Of a stretch of DNA of 64,000 nucleotides, positions 46,051 through 57,360 are shown piece after piece. Location: positions 186,001 to 250,000 of the forward strand of contig NIVC01001272.1 of NCBI GenBank assembly GCA_002269645.1, written 5' to 3'. A program made the translations under genes and the position numbers. The notes beneath the pieces are model-generated. The model had not been told where the DNA came from, did no database searches, and saw nothing but the letters and a program-made list of their open reading frames with translations. This DNA is from Macrostomum lignano. Lineage: Eukaryota. Position 1 is the stretch's first letter. Each line of letters starts with the position of its first letter.

Positions 46051-46434
46051 TGTCCACAAAGCAGCTATATTTGCTCAGTTCTTGAAACTCAATGCAAGGG
46101 AAATCTCCGGCCGGCCCTTCTCTCTCAAACCCTTGATTCGTACAGTACGGGCATCATGCTATGGCTAACAAATTCTGCACGGAACTGACTTTTGTACTTT
46201 AGTGTCACGACATCAAAGAGCGTCCTTTCTAAGTAATGGATACACGCATGTTTCATATTTGCAATTTATCTAGTCTCTAGGGCAATAAATGCTTGAGTAA
46301 TTTACCATTTAACCTACTAAAAACTGTATCGTTTAATAAGGTTTTTCTTTTCTGTAGAAAGCTTAACTGCAGTCCGTGGTATTGCTTTATTTTTCAAGCC
46401 ATTAAATCCTTTCACAGTCCTCAAATCGGATTGA

Positions 46435-47850
46435 GAAAATATTGATTGAGGACTGAGAAACGATTGATTGAGGACTGGGAAACGATTGATTGAGGACTGA
46501 GAAACGATTGACTGAGGACTGGGAAACGATTGATTGAGGACTGGGAAACGATTGATTGAGGACTGGGAAACGATTGATTGAGGACTGGGAAACGATTGAT
46601 TGAGGACTGATAAACAATTGAGGACTGAGAAACGATTGATTGAGGACTGGGAAACGATTGATTGAGGACTGGGAAACGACTGATTGAGGACTGATAAACA
46701 ATTGAGGACTGAGAAACGATTGATTGAGGACTGGGAAACGATTGATTGAGGACTGATAAACAATTGAGGACTGAGAAACGATTGATTGAGGACTGGGAAA
46801 CGATTGATTGAGGACTGGGAAACGATTGATTGAGGACTGGGAAACGATTGATTGAGGACTGGGAAACGATTGATTGAGGACTGGGAAACGATTGATTGAG
46901 GACTGGGAAACGATTGATTGACGACTGATAAACAATTGAGGACTGAGAAACGATTGACTGAGGACTGGGAAAGGATTGATTGAGGACTGGGAAACGATTG
47001 ATTGAGGACTGGGAAACGATTGATTGAGGACTGGGAAACGATTGATTGAGGACTGATAAACAATTGAGGACTGAGAAACGATTGATTGAGGACTGGGAAA
47101 CGATTGATTGAGGACTGGGAAACGATTGATTGAGGACTGATAAACAATTGAGGACTGAGAAACGATTGATTGAGGACTGGGAAACGATTGATTGAGGACT
47201 GGGAAACGATTGACTGAGGACTGGGAAACGATTGATTGAGGACTGGGAAACGATTGGTTGAGGACTGATAAACGATTGATTGAGGACTGAGAAACGATTG
47301 ACTGAGGACTGGGAAACGATTGATTGAGGACTGGGAAACGATTGATTGAGGACTGGGAAACGATTGATTGAGGACTGGGAAACGATTGATTGAGGACTGG
47401 GAAACGATTGATTGAGGACTGGGAAACGATTGATTGACGACTGATAAACAATTGAGGACTGAGAAACGATTGACTGAGGACTGGGAAACGATTGATTGAG
47501 GACTGGGAAACGATTGGTTGAGGACTGATAAACGATTGATTGAGGACTGATACACGATTGGTTGAGAGCTGAAAAACGATTGGTTGAGGATTGAGAAACG
47601 ATTGGTTGAGAGGACTGAGAAATGATTGGTTGAGGACTGATAAACGATTGATTGAGGACTGATAAACGATTGGTTGAGAGCTGAAAAACGATTGGTTGAG
47701 GACTGAGAAACGATTGGTTGAGAGGACTGAGAAATGATGGGTTGAATACTGAGAAACAACTTGAAAACTGAGAAACGATTGACTGAGTACTGAGAAACGA
47801 TTGGTTGAGGACTGAGAAACGATTGACTGAGTACTGAGAAACGATTTGAG
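46435..47850. repeat. 22-bp minisatellite (GAGGACTGGGAAACGATTGATT) with variant units
   Basis: Direct reading; explains ORFs 46317..47897 and 46402..47451. Confidence 0.96.
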
Positions 47851-47929
47851 AACAATTGAAATCGTCTCATAGAAGTGAGATTAGCGCAAAAGTGCAATAA
47901 CGAGGAGACAAGTAGTTAAAAGTGGCAAA

Positions 47930-48250
47930 TAATTTTCCGAAAGTGCATCGCATTGTTGACGGTGTAAATGTAAACATCACTCCCATGCAACAGCTGAATT
48001 AACGCATTGCGCTTGCTCCCATCCTGTTTGCGCATTTCGAAAAAGAATCACACCAGAAGATTCTTCCAACTGCCTCCACTCGGTTCTTCGATCGGTTTGG
48101 CGACAAGAAGTGCTTTGGTTTCCTCTTGCAAATCTGTGTTCTGGCGCACCACTTGTTGAACAGCCTTTGTGACGCGTTTTGTCCGGAATAGCGGAGGCCT
48201 ATTTCTATTTCTGCATCATATAGCCTATCGAATCGCGCTGAGGATGTAGA
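47930..48250 (-). mobile_element. Second Crypton/DUF3504-like N-terminal remnant
   Basis: AIPDKTR..LFNKW..LLV*FFFEMRKQDGS, with frameshifts and a stop. Confidence 0.55.
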
Positions 48251-49631
48251 GGATTCAGTGGTAGATACCTCATATGCCGCAGTTGTTGTTCCGTTAGATG
48301 TAGATGCAGATGCAGATGCCCGGTCGGCAACAATTGTCTATGGCCCAAAGAGTGGACCGAGAAATAAGGACAAGGGACTTGGGACTTGGAGTTATAGAGT
48401 TCTAGAGATTGCTAATTATAGAGCTCCTTGTCTAATACCCTGTAACTTCATGTTCTGTAAAAAAGAAATTCCCAGGATGCATTCATTATCAGGCCGAGGC
48501 GAAACATCCTCAGGCGTCCTGAATAGCGTCGCCAGGCTTACTACCATAGGGCACGAAACTAGAGGGTATTATTCTACGAGTATTTAACGTGCGTTTCAAA
48601 CCCGCTTTTCCTGCCAATGCGCGATCAAATTTTACTCATCGGTGTGCAGGTAGGGCCTCCTTTCCTGTTTTCTGTGCTTTGCGCTATCAGCCCTTCCGTG
48701 CAGGAATGACTTTCTGTGACAGCTTTGTACGCTCGTTTCGACAAGCGCTCACTCTGCTGTGCATTTCTGTGCTTTGCTTGACTTTTGGCTTTCCTTTCTC
48801 TCCCCGCCTGCTTTCCAACCAGCATTCGATACTTCTGCAGCAGCCCACCATACTTTCCTTAGTCTTTCTGCCCTCTGCTCTCTCCTGTCTCTTTTTCACA
48901 AGTACCGTGTCTGGTTACTGCCGAGTCTCCTGTCTGCTTTTGAGAGTTGTGCTTTCTCTGCGAGTCTCTGCTGCTGCTCCGTCAGCAGCCTGGCGAGTTC
49001 AGAAATGGCCATCGGTGAGTCCCGCACTGCCCTGCTGCAGTTTGCTGTGCTGGCGTTGGAGTGAGCTGTCAATTTGGCATGCGATTTCCCACTCACTAAA
49101 TCCTTTACTCTGAATTCCCAGACTGGCTTCTCCTTCTCTTCTCCCTCCTCCTTCCCCTCTTTCTTTTCCCTGTTTTTCTCGCTCCCCACTTTCTCTCTGG
49201 AGTTCAGGTTGACTCTGGGCTGAGACCTGACATTACACCTCTCAGTAGGAGATTTTAGGATTTCAGACTGCACTGAGGCGCAATATGCCATCTCAGCCTC
49301 ATCAAGTACAGCTTGGGGTGGCTGCTGCAGCTGCAGCCTCTCCGTTGTCATGCTGGGTGCACAGAGGCGAAGGCGGCGGACTCAGCGCTCATGCTCGGGA
49401 GAGAAGTTTCGGTTGCTCAGGCCTGGGATGGTTCACCTCGCCTGAAGCTGGGCAGCTGACTCTCGCAACATTGCTGCACTAACCTTTAAAACTCATGCCA
49501 CTCTGACAACATCCAGGAATCATTAGGTATTCCTTTCAAAAGTATTCAAGAGAACGGCGCCACTCTCTTTCTCTCTGCCTGCTTTTTTAAACCATTTTAA
49601 TTACTCGTAATAAACCAGGAGAAAAATATTT

Positions 49632-50744
49632 ATGTACCTTCTAGATGAAGCACTCATCAGCGCACCAGACGAAATGAGCGAACAGATCAGTGCTGATGAG
49701 GCCGCCAAGACAGGAAATATTCAGGCACTCCAACATCATCTGGACCTTCAGCAAGAAGAAAACAAAAGATATCTTTTTTGCAAAACCGTTTCAAAACTTG
49801 CTGCGAGTGAGGGTCAGTTAGAAGTCGTCAGGTTTCTCGTGCAGGAAATCGCTGACCAAGCAAAAAGAGATGACTGCTACATCAAGGCTGCAGAATCCGC
49901 TGCAAGAAATGATCAGTGGGATATCGTCAAGTTTCTCGTGCATTTAGTCGCTGACCAAAAAAGAAGAGATCAGTGCTGCACTGACGCTGCCAACACTGCT
50001 GCATACAATCGTCAGTGGGAGTTTGTCAAGCTTTTCGTGTCGAAAATCGCTGACCAAACGAAAAGAGATGATTGCTGCATCGAGGCTGCCAAATCTGCTG
50101 CAAAATATGGTCAAATAGAAGTCGTCAAGTTATTCCTCTCCTATCTCCCAAGTCCGGATCAGAGAGCGAATCTCCGTTTCCAATGCGCAGTCGCGGCTTG
50201 CTCTCGTCTTCACAAAGATGTCGTTGCCTCCCTCGGCCTCGAGCCCGACTGGCTCTTCCAATCCAGCTCCATCCTCAGCTTCACTGCAGCAATGGCCATC
50301 GAAGGCAGGAACTCTGTTCTCAACGACATCCTCTCTCGAATGCAGCCAGCTCACATCACACAGCTGCTCCGTCTCTCTATCACTCAAAGACACGTCGCTC
50401 TTGCTGTCACACTGATCAATGATGAGCGAGTCAGCACAGAGCATGTCGATCTGGCAGACAGCACTGGAGCCACTGCTCTCATGCTGGCAGCTGATGCAGG
50501 TCATCACGAGCTCATTGAGAAACTCATCGATCTCGGTGCGTCAGTGCGTGCTGAAGACAGTCAGGGTCGGACTGCTCTGTCACGAGCGTGCGAAGCCGGT
50601 CACGTGCGAGCAGCCAAGGCTCTGATGGACAGAGGAGCGGATGCGAGTCATCGAGACGGTCGGGGTCAGACGTGTGCGCAGGTGGCACAGCGATTTGAGC
50701 AGCGGCAGGTGCTGCGGCTGCTGGATCCCAGTGGAGCGGGGTGA
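49632..50744 (+). CDS. Ankyrin-repeat exon (atypical N-terminal 33-aa repeats plus canonical C-terminal repeats); predicted first coding exon of ANK-cGLR2
   Basis: GATALMLAADAGH, GRTALSRACEAGH. The apparent stop lies inside donor GCGGG|GTGAGT (phase 2, GT at 50741). The start may instead be ATG 49674. Confidence 0.88.
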   Translation: MYLLDEALISAPDEMSEQISADEAAKTGNIQALQHHLDLQQEENKRYLFCKTVSKLAASEGQLEVVRFLVQEIADQAKRDDCYIKAAESAARNDQWDIVKFLVHLVADQKRRDQCCTDAANTAAYNRQWEFVKLFVSKIADQTKRDDCCIEAAKSAAKYGQIEVVKLFLSYLPSPDQRANLRFQCAVAACSRLHKDVVASLGLEPDWLFQSSSILSFTAAMAIEGRNSVLNDILSRMQPAHITQLLRLSITQRHVALAVTLINDERVSTEHVDLADSTGATALMLAADAGHHELIEKLIDLGASVRAEDSQGRTALSRACEAGHVRAAKALMDRGADASHRDGRGQTCAQVAQRFEQRQVLRLLDPSGAG

Positions 50745-51862
50745 GTGAAGCGAGAATTTAATGAATATTTTCAGTATCGTATCGTATATTAGTGAAGCAT
50801 TATTGTAATTTTATTAAGAAGAGCTAAGCAAAAAACTTTATACAATCGAAAACATTTAAAGTATATTTGTGGTTAGGCAAAGGGAAAGAAAAGGAAAGTC
50901 ATTAAAGACACAAAATGAAAAAAATGGATTTTGCATTAATGAATGATACAAAGAATCATTTTTGTGCCCGACTTTCGGGGGTAGAAACGAGAGGGGCCAG
51001 CCAAACCCTGGGGCTCAGGCGGCTTATCAGCCAGCCAGCCAATGCGAGCAGCCCAGGGTGGGGCGGGGCATGGAGGGAGGGGTAGGGCAAGCACCCAGAT
51101 TGGACAGGAATGGGACAAGGGACTTGGAGCGAAAAGGCTAGGCCAGGGTTGAGGCTTACGCCTCTCACAAGCCCTGGCACGGGCGCGAGACGGGGGACGG
51201 GGCGGGGCGGCATGAAAAACAAAAACAAGAACAACGAAAAACAAGGGCAACAGAAGAGCAGGGTACTGGAAAGACGCTGTGCGGCCCAACACTTTCAAGG
51301 GTTTTCGATGATGCAGATTTTAAATTTAAGCTTCATGTTTTGGTAGCTTCAACCCAACTATAAACTCGTATGCAGCTTAAAGACAACCAATGGGGCATGA
51401 GGAATGGGGGTTTAGATTCGAAAGTTTCTAAATTGGGATCGAGTTTATTCATATATATGCCTTATCTCTAGAGGAGGCTGTGATTTATAGAAGCTTGGGT
51501 CGAAGTTTTCATGAGTATAAATTGTCTTAGATTGATGTCTAATAACTAACCATAATAGTCAACACAGCAGTAGTTATAAGCCACGCTATATAAGCAGCAT
51601 AAGAACCCACCATTTTAAGCTGCCATTCTTCATTTCATTGGCTGGCGTATTTTTCGTCTGTCTCTTGTTTAGGCCAGTCCTATCATGTCTCTCGCCAGGG
51701 GGGCACCTGATTGGCTAGCCTTCCTCCTTCTGTCTCTTTCTTGCTCTTCAATTTTGCGAGTTTTGCAAGCCACCCCAACCCAGTCATGCGTGGCTTAGCC
51801 CCACTCAGCCCCCTGCTCACCCAGTATTTATGTGCACCCTCGCCTGGCTCTTTCCCTCCCCT

Positions 51863-53170
51863 GACTTACTTGACTTGACTTAGCTGCAGGGCTAAGCGGG
51901 AAGGCGCGAACGCCCATTTCGCTAATCACTGAACGGCCGACGCGTCGCAATGGACGAAGGGTTGGCGCCGTCAAGTGAAGTCCCCCCCAGTGTCGCCAGC
52001 AGCTATGGTGCTCTCTGGAAAGGACAGTTCAGCCGCCCTGCGGGTGGCCCGGAGGCAGCGCATGAGCTGATTAAAGTTTTCGGGTCTGCACACCTCAGTA
52101 ATATATGTGTGTGGCCGGAGGTAAGTGAGTCTGGCTCGCATGAAGGCGGGACAGATGCTGATGAAATGCTCAGCGGTTTTGTCACCTGAGTTACAAAAAC
52201 TGCAGATCGCGTTGTTGGTGTTGTCCTGCAGGTACTGGTGCCTAGAGAAGCAGCCGTAACCTGAGAGGGGCATAGTGGCAGCCCGGATGTCTCTACGCGA
52301 GAGGCGCAAGAAGAGCTTCCGGAGCTGGTGAGAGGGCTGAGGGACAGCGTCTCTAGGTTGCCTGCCGGTAGTGTAGTTCGCCCAAGCTGAGCGTTGCTGA
52401 GTCCTGATCCACGCTTTGATGCGCGAGGCGAGGACACAGCCGGGAATCGGGACAATGGGTTTGATAGCGTTGTCTCAGGTTGAGCGTTGAAGCAATGCCA
52501 TCGGTGAAGACGCGATTTGCCTGGCACTCATTGAGAACGTTAAGGCACAGGTCGCTATGCAGAACAAGGTTCCGCTTAGCAGGTACTCTAATGTAGAGGA
52601 ATTTGACGGCGGCATCTAGTAGACGCCGCGTCGTTCTAGCCGCCTCACCCCTGACGAAGAGGTCGAAAGGCGGTAGATCAAGGAAGGCCCCCATGCCAGA
52701 AAAGGGCTTGGACCTGGTGGCGTTGCAGATAAGCCTACGCGCTCTACTCTGGATCGTGTTGAGCGAATCTGCATGGCTTTTAACCTGGGTGGCGCTGACC
52801 CAGACGACAGAGGCGTACGTAATGACGGATCTAATTTCTGAAGTGTAGATCTACCAAAGTCACTTTTGGTAGAAGTGCCAAGTTCTCGGTCGGAGCTGGG
52901 CCAGGATGGCTGAGGCAGACTTGGCTTTTGCTTTCACGTGGGAGGACCATTTGAGCCGGTAGCCTCATAGGCTGACCCCGAGATATCTGGTCAGATGCGC
53001 GAAGGCAATATCTCTGCCGTAAAGCTGCTGAGGTCTTATGTTCCAGCGTATTCTACTGGTGAACATATTGGCAACAGTTTTGGGCTCAGAGAGTACCAAA
53101 CCATTGTCATTGGCCCAGGATTCTGCTTTGCTCATCTTCGAGGGAAGCCATGAATCATGCCTGTTCTAGC
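51863..53170 (-). mobile_element. LOA/R1-like non-LTR retrotransposon 3' fragment, internally deleted, in ANK-cGLR2 intron 1
   Basis: RT end (SWANDNGLVLSEPKT..F, RYLGV..LKWSSH), IYTSEIRSVITYASVVW, C-terminal CSFC..AEHF..ICPA zinc motif, and a short (AAGTC)n tail near 51863-51885. Confidence 0.8.
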
Positions 53171-53751
53171 ATAATTTAGCAGATATGGCCGAAGAGAAAA
53201 AGCTCACAGGCTCCTAACGGGCGGCGCGATAATAATTATTTAGAATATTTGATTGTTCCCGATATTGCGCATTGATATTTAGATACTGTGCAGTGTACAA
53301 ATGCGACCAGGAAATGCACGCTGAGCGATGCGCGGGCCTTAAGAACGAGGGCAGACGCCAACAAGCTAAATACATGTAAAGTAGATCACATGTGCTGATG
53401 CACTTCTGCTTCTGCCTTCTGCCTTCCTCCGCTTTACCTGAAAAAGCATTGGGTGTTGATAAAGCTGCACTGACTGGTTGCTTGGCCAGGAAATACAATG
53501 AAAGTTTCCGACACAATTAAGTGATTTGTGCAGCAAAAGAATCCCATACTCAACTGCTGTGAGAACCCTGGCTTTATTTACCGAATTGCAGAAGCCCAGA
53601 GGCCCGACAGGCAGCCGCTCACCACTCGGCTTCAGGCTCTCATCGGTGAGTCTGACCGGTTCGGCTTTCACTGCCGCATTGCGCCTTCCAACACAGGCTG
53701 GCAGCTTGGGGCAGAAATTGCAGTAAAACAGCAGGGTTGAGATTGGGTTGG

Positions 53752-53990
53752 ACTGAGTGCTGCAGCAGCTGCACTCTCAGCTCTCCTGCTTGAGATGCCA
53801 GTCTGAGTGCTGCAGCAGCTGCACTCTCAGCTCTCCTGCTTGAGATGCCAGTCTGAGTGCTGCAGCAGCTGCACTCTCAGCTCTCCTGCTTGAGATACCA
53901 GTCTGAGTGCTGCAGCAGCTGCACTCCCAGCTCTCCTGCTTGAGATGCCAGTCTGAGTGCTGCAGGAGCTGCACTCTCAGCTCTCCTGCT
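53752..53990. repeat. 50-bp tandem repeat just upstream of the cGLR2 acceptor
   Basis: TGCAGCAGCT at 53761, 53811 and so on; about 4.5 copies. It produces the false N-terminus of ORF 53907. Confidence 0.92.
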
Positions 53991-54046
53991 TGTTCTGTCC
54001 ATCCAACTCTCTGCAAGTCACCCACACGCATCTCGGATCATTCCAG

Positions 54047-56323
54047 GCTGTCAGACGACTCTCAGCAAGACAGGCGCCTAAGCGAGGAGCTGCATCGACT
54101 GCTCAGCGATGCGGGATTCACCGAGCAGAGAGCAAAGTGTCAGCAGAGACTGGCTGACCGGCTGGAAGGACTCGCTCGAGTCCTCACACAGGAAGACAGG
54201 CGGATGACGGGCAGCTACGCAGAGGGCTGGGACAACAGTCTGGTGCAAGTGAACGGCAGGACAGCTGCAGACTCGGACATTGACTGGACTGTGCTGGTTG
54301 CTGGGCAGCATTTCCATCTGGAAGGTGGCTGCGACAGAGAGCGATATGGTTCATGCCGAGATGCCACTCGGCTGCAGGTCACGGAGGGCCACGCACAGGT
54401 CGCAGTGGGAGCAGGTAAGTGAGGCTGGGTTCATCATCAGAATGCTGAGATCCGCATGCAACTGGAAGCCCATTAACTTTGCTCAATTTTAAATTCGCAA
54501 CCGAGTGGCGCCAAGCCTCCAGCAGCTTCTGTGACTGCGAATGTCGGCTTGGGTGCTGAAACAAGCGGCAGGTGAAATTGAAAAGAAAACTCTGATGCCA
54601 ACTGGCTGAGCCGGGCCATTGGGTTTTGAATTCACAGGCTCCGGTTGCAGCAGAGTGGGTGCAGCGGTGCTTGGGTGACCCACGCTAGGTGGCATGGCTC
54701 TGCTGAGGTGCTGCTGCTCTCAGTTGGAAAATTTCAAACAAAATAAACCATAGCCGCCGCAAAGAAAAAATCAGCAGTTTCAAACCAACCCATCTTTTTA
54801 CTCGCCACAAAGCGACTCTCCGCTCACTGCGCTCTGCAGGCAGCCAACCTGCAGTGACAGCCACGGCGTGCGGTGTGCGGCCTGCACAGGACACGTGCCA
54901 TGCGATCGAGTGCTGCAGTGGTTTCTGTAAGGACACAGTTAAAAAACTGATTGATGACAGTTATACTGCAGTTCACCTCGTTCGGGCGACCAGACCGAGC
55001 TCAACCAACGAGCTCAGAGTGAGCTTCAGCTTCCAAGAGAAAGACATTATGAAACGACTGAGCACAGTCCAGGGCCAGCTGTTCACACTCATCAAGTTCA
55101 TCTTCAAGAGACACTTGCCGCTCACTCTGGACACACCTGGACTCAAGACCTACCATGCAAAGACTCTGCTCTTCACAATGCTGGAGAAGCATGGCACAGA
55201 TCCTGAAACTGAGGCTTGGAAGCCCCAAAATCTGATCGCTCTGCTCAAGGAGTCTCTCGACATGATGCTGAGCTTCATCGACTCGAGCAGCTCGCCCGAT
55301 GAGTGCATGCCACACTTCTTCATGCCCGACGCTCCGCTCTACTTCAAGAACGCTGGAATCGGCGGCGACTTCGACAACACGAGGGCGAGGGTTCGAGACC
55401 GACTTTGTGAGCTGAGAAGCGACATCGGCGGAGTGGTCGAGCAGCTGAGGAGACTCGTGAGACCTCTGCAGTCAGAGAAGCTCTACTTTCACCCGTTCAC
55501 TCTGCTGCCTCTGACAGCGCCGCCTGTTGTCACGAAGATCAGTGAATGTTTTGACGAAAAATTAGCAGACGTGTACAGTGTGGTGCACCAGTGTGTGAGC
55601 GAGCTGCAGTCGGAATCGAGCGACAGAGACACTCTGATGAGGCAGCTCAGTCTCCTGCATGAGCTGAAGTGGTGCAAGTGCGCCGATCTGTGCATGACCG
55701 CCATGGCGCATTTGAAGTTCGGAGAATCTGAGGAAGCTGAGAGACTCGCGATGGAGCTGCAGAGACATCAAGTTGAGTCGGGGTACAAGCCACAGGATAT
55801 TCAAGAACGCAAATATCTATCGTATATAATGAAACTAGTGAAATTATCTGATTCAACTGAATTTGACTTGGCGTGGAGGTTCTGCTTCCCATGCGACTCT
55901 CCGCCTCGCTTCCCATTCCTTCCCGAGTTCACGCAGACTCTGTTCACAGCCAGACTGTCGCAGCCTCTCTTCTTCCATCTGTACGTGAACTTCCGCTGCC
56001 TGAACTGGAGTCTCCAAGCTGAGCTGCTCCGCAATCACGCACCTGCAAATAAATTGGAGGATTGGAAACGAGAGCTGGAAGAAGACCCGGACTTGGAGGA
56101 GCTGCTCACTCTGGCTCACTACAGCGACTGCCGCGAGCACGTGGAGTTTAGTCTGCAACAGATGGAGATGATCGAGAAAGAGAGACGCGTCGTCATGGAG
56201 ACGCAGGACGAGGAGAAGATCGGCTGGGTCAGGCAGAAGCTGGAGAGACTTGATGCAGCAGCCGGAGTCCTCAAAGTCGAGTCGCAAAGTCGAGGTCGGA
56301 AAAGAAAGGCCGAGTCAGACTGA
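54047..56323 (+). CDS. Mab-21/cGAS-like nucleotidyltransferase (cGLR2) exons; predicted 3' part of the ANK-cGLR2 fusion gene (about 986 aa in total)
   Basis: GSYAEGW..DSDIDW, RPAQDT, GLKTYHAKTLLFTML, MPHFFMPDAPL. Exons 54047-54414 (acceptor TTCCAG|G, phase 2) and 54840-56323 (phase-1 intron GTAAGT..TGCAG). Confidence 0.9.
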
Positions 56324-57015
56324 CTGCCTGGTGCGGTGTTCGATACTGACACATTTTTCATGAACTTTGGGTTTGTTCAATCAAACTGTTTATTTTTCTG
56401 CATGCCCACTTGATGAGGGACCTCCGTGTTATGTCAATTTCTGCCTAATTGAGCAACTGAAATGGTGCTTTGGTTTGTCTAGCTTTCAGGAAATGAGCAC
56501 ATCGAGCGTCATCGAATTCGAGTAGCCCTCCTGCTCTGAACTGGAGTTTTGCACAATTGTGCTGCAATTCAATTCACACTGCATGCTGAATTGCTTCTTC
56601 TGTTCGAACTGCGTGTCTGCTTTGATGCGGGCTTTTCTCTGCGATTTTTATGCGGAGTTCAATCTCCAATTGCCAATGCTTTCCAATGCAAATATTCAAG
56701 TCAAGTGGCCAGGTTGCACATTTGAGAGCTCCTGATTGGCTGGCCTCCCCTCTTCTTTCTCTCTTGCCCTTCAGCTCTGTGAGCTTTGCGGGTCCCCAGC
56801 GCCCTGCTCACCCGTGTTTAAGTGCGAGGGCGGCCTCGCCTCCATGCTCTCTACCAGTTTCGCCCTGAGCGTGTAAATTCAACTAAAGCTGCAATATACA
56901 GAAACAAAAACAGTCTTTCATGAGTCCTTCCAGTAATACAGCATTTGCTTTTCATTCATTTATACTATCTTCATAATTCTCTTCTTTTGTCGAAGTCTTC
57001 ATTCGGGTCTGCGAA

Positions 57016-57360
57016 GTGTCTGTACGCCTCCAGACCCGTGCTCACCTCTGCGCTGCTCAGTGGCCACCTGCTCACGGCCTCCTCATCCGCATCTTGCTGT
57101 ATGGCTGCTGGACGAATGTCTGTAGGCTCCCCGCACCTCCACTTGCTGTCTGGACAAAGTGTCTGTACGCCTCTGGGTTCGCCACTCTCGATCGCCTGTC
57201 ACATCCGACAAGCCCTGGGCAGTCCCGCACCCGAACCCCCGATCACCCGTCTGCGGTCGGCACGGACAGAAGCAGAAAATCCAACACCTGCATGAACCTG
57301 GAAAATTCAAAGCTCGGCTGGTTCAGGGAGAAGCTGGAGAGACTTGATGCAGCAGCATGA
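57016..57360 (+). pseudogene. Degenerate remnant of another cGLR C-terminus
   Basis: 57315-57356 matches the sequence at about 56221-56262 (KLGWFREKLERLDAAA vs KIGWVRQKLERLDAAA); weaker similarity upstream. Confidence 0.55.

Noticed and set aside
679-47897. Long periodic ORFs (e.g. 679..1380, 2544..3281, 22832..23896, 46317..47897, poly-T/L/S ORFs near 29300)
   Set aside because: They coincide with stop-free minisatellites, are open in several frames or on both strands, and mostly lie within introns whose removal restores conserved proteins.
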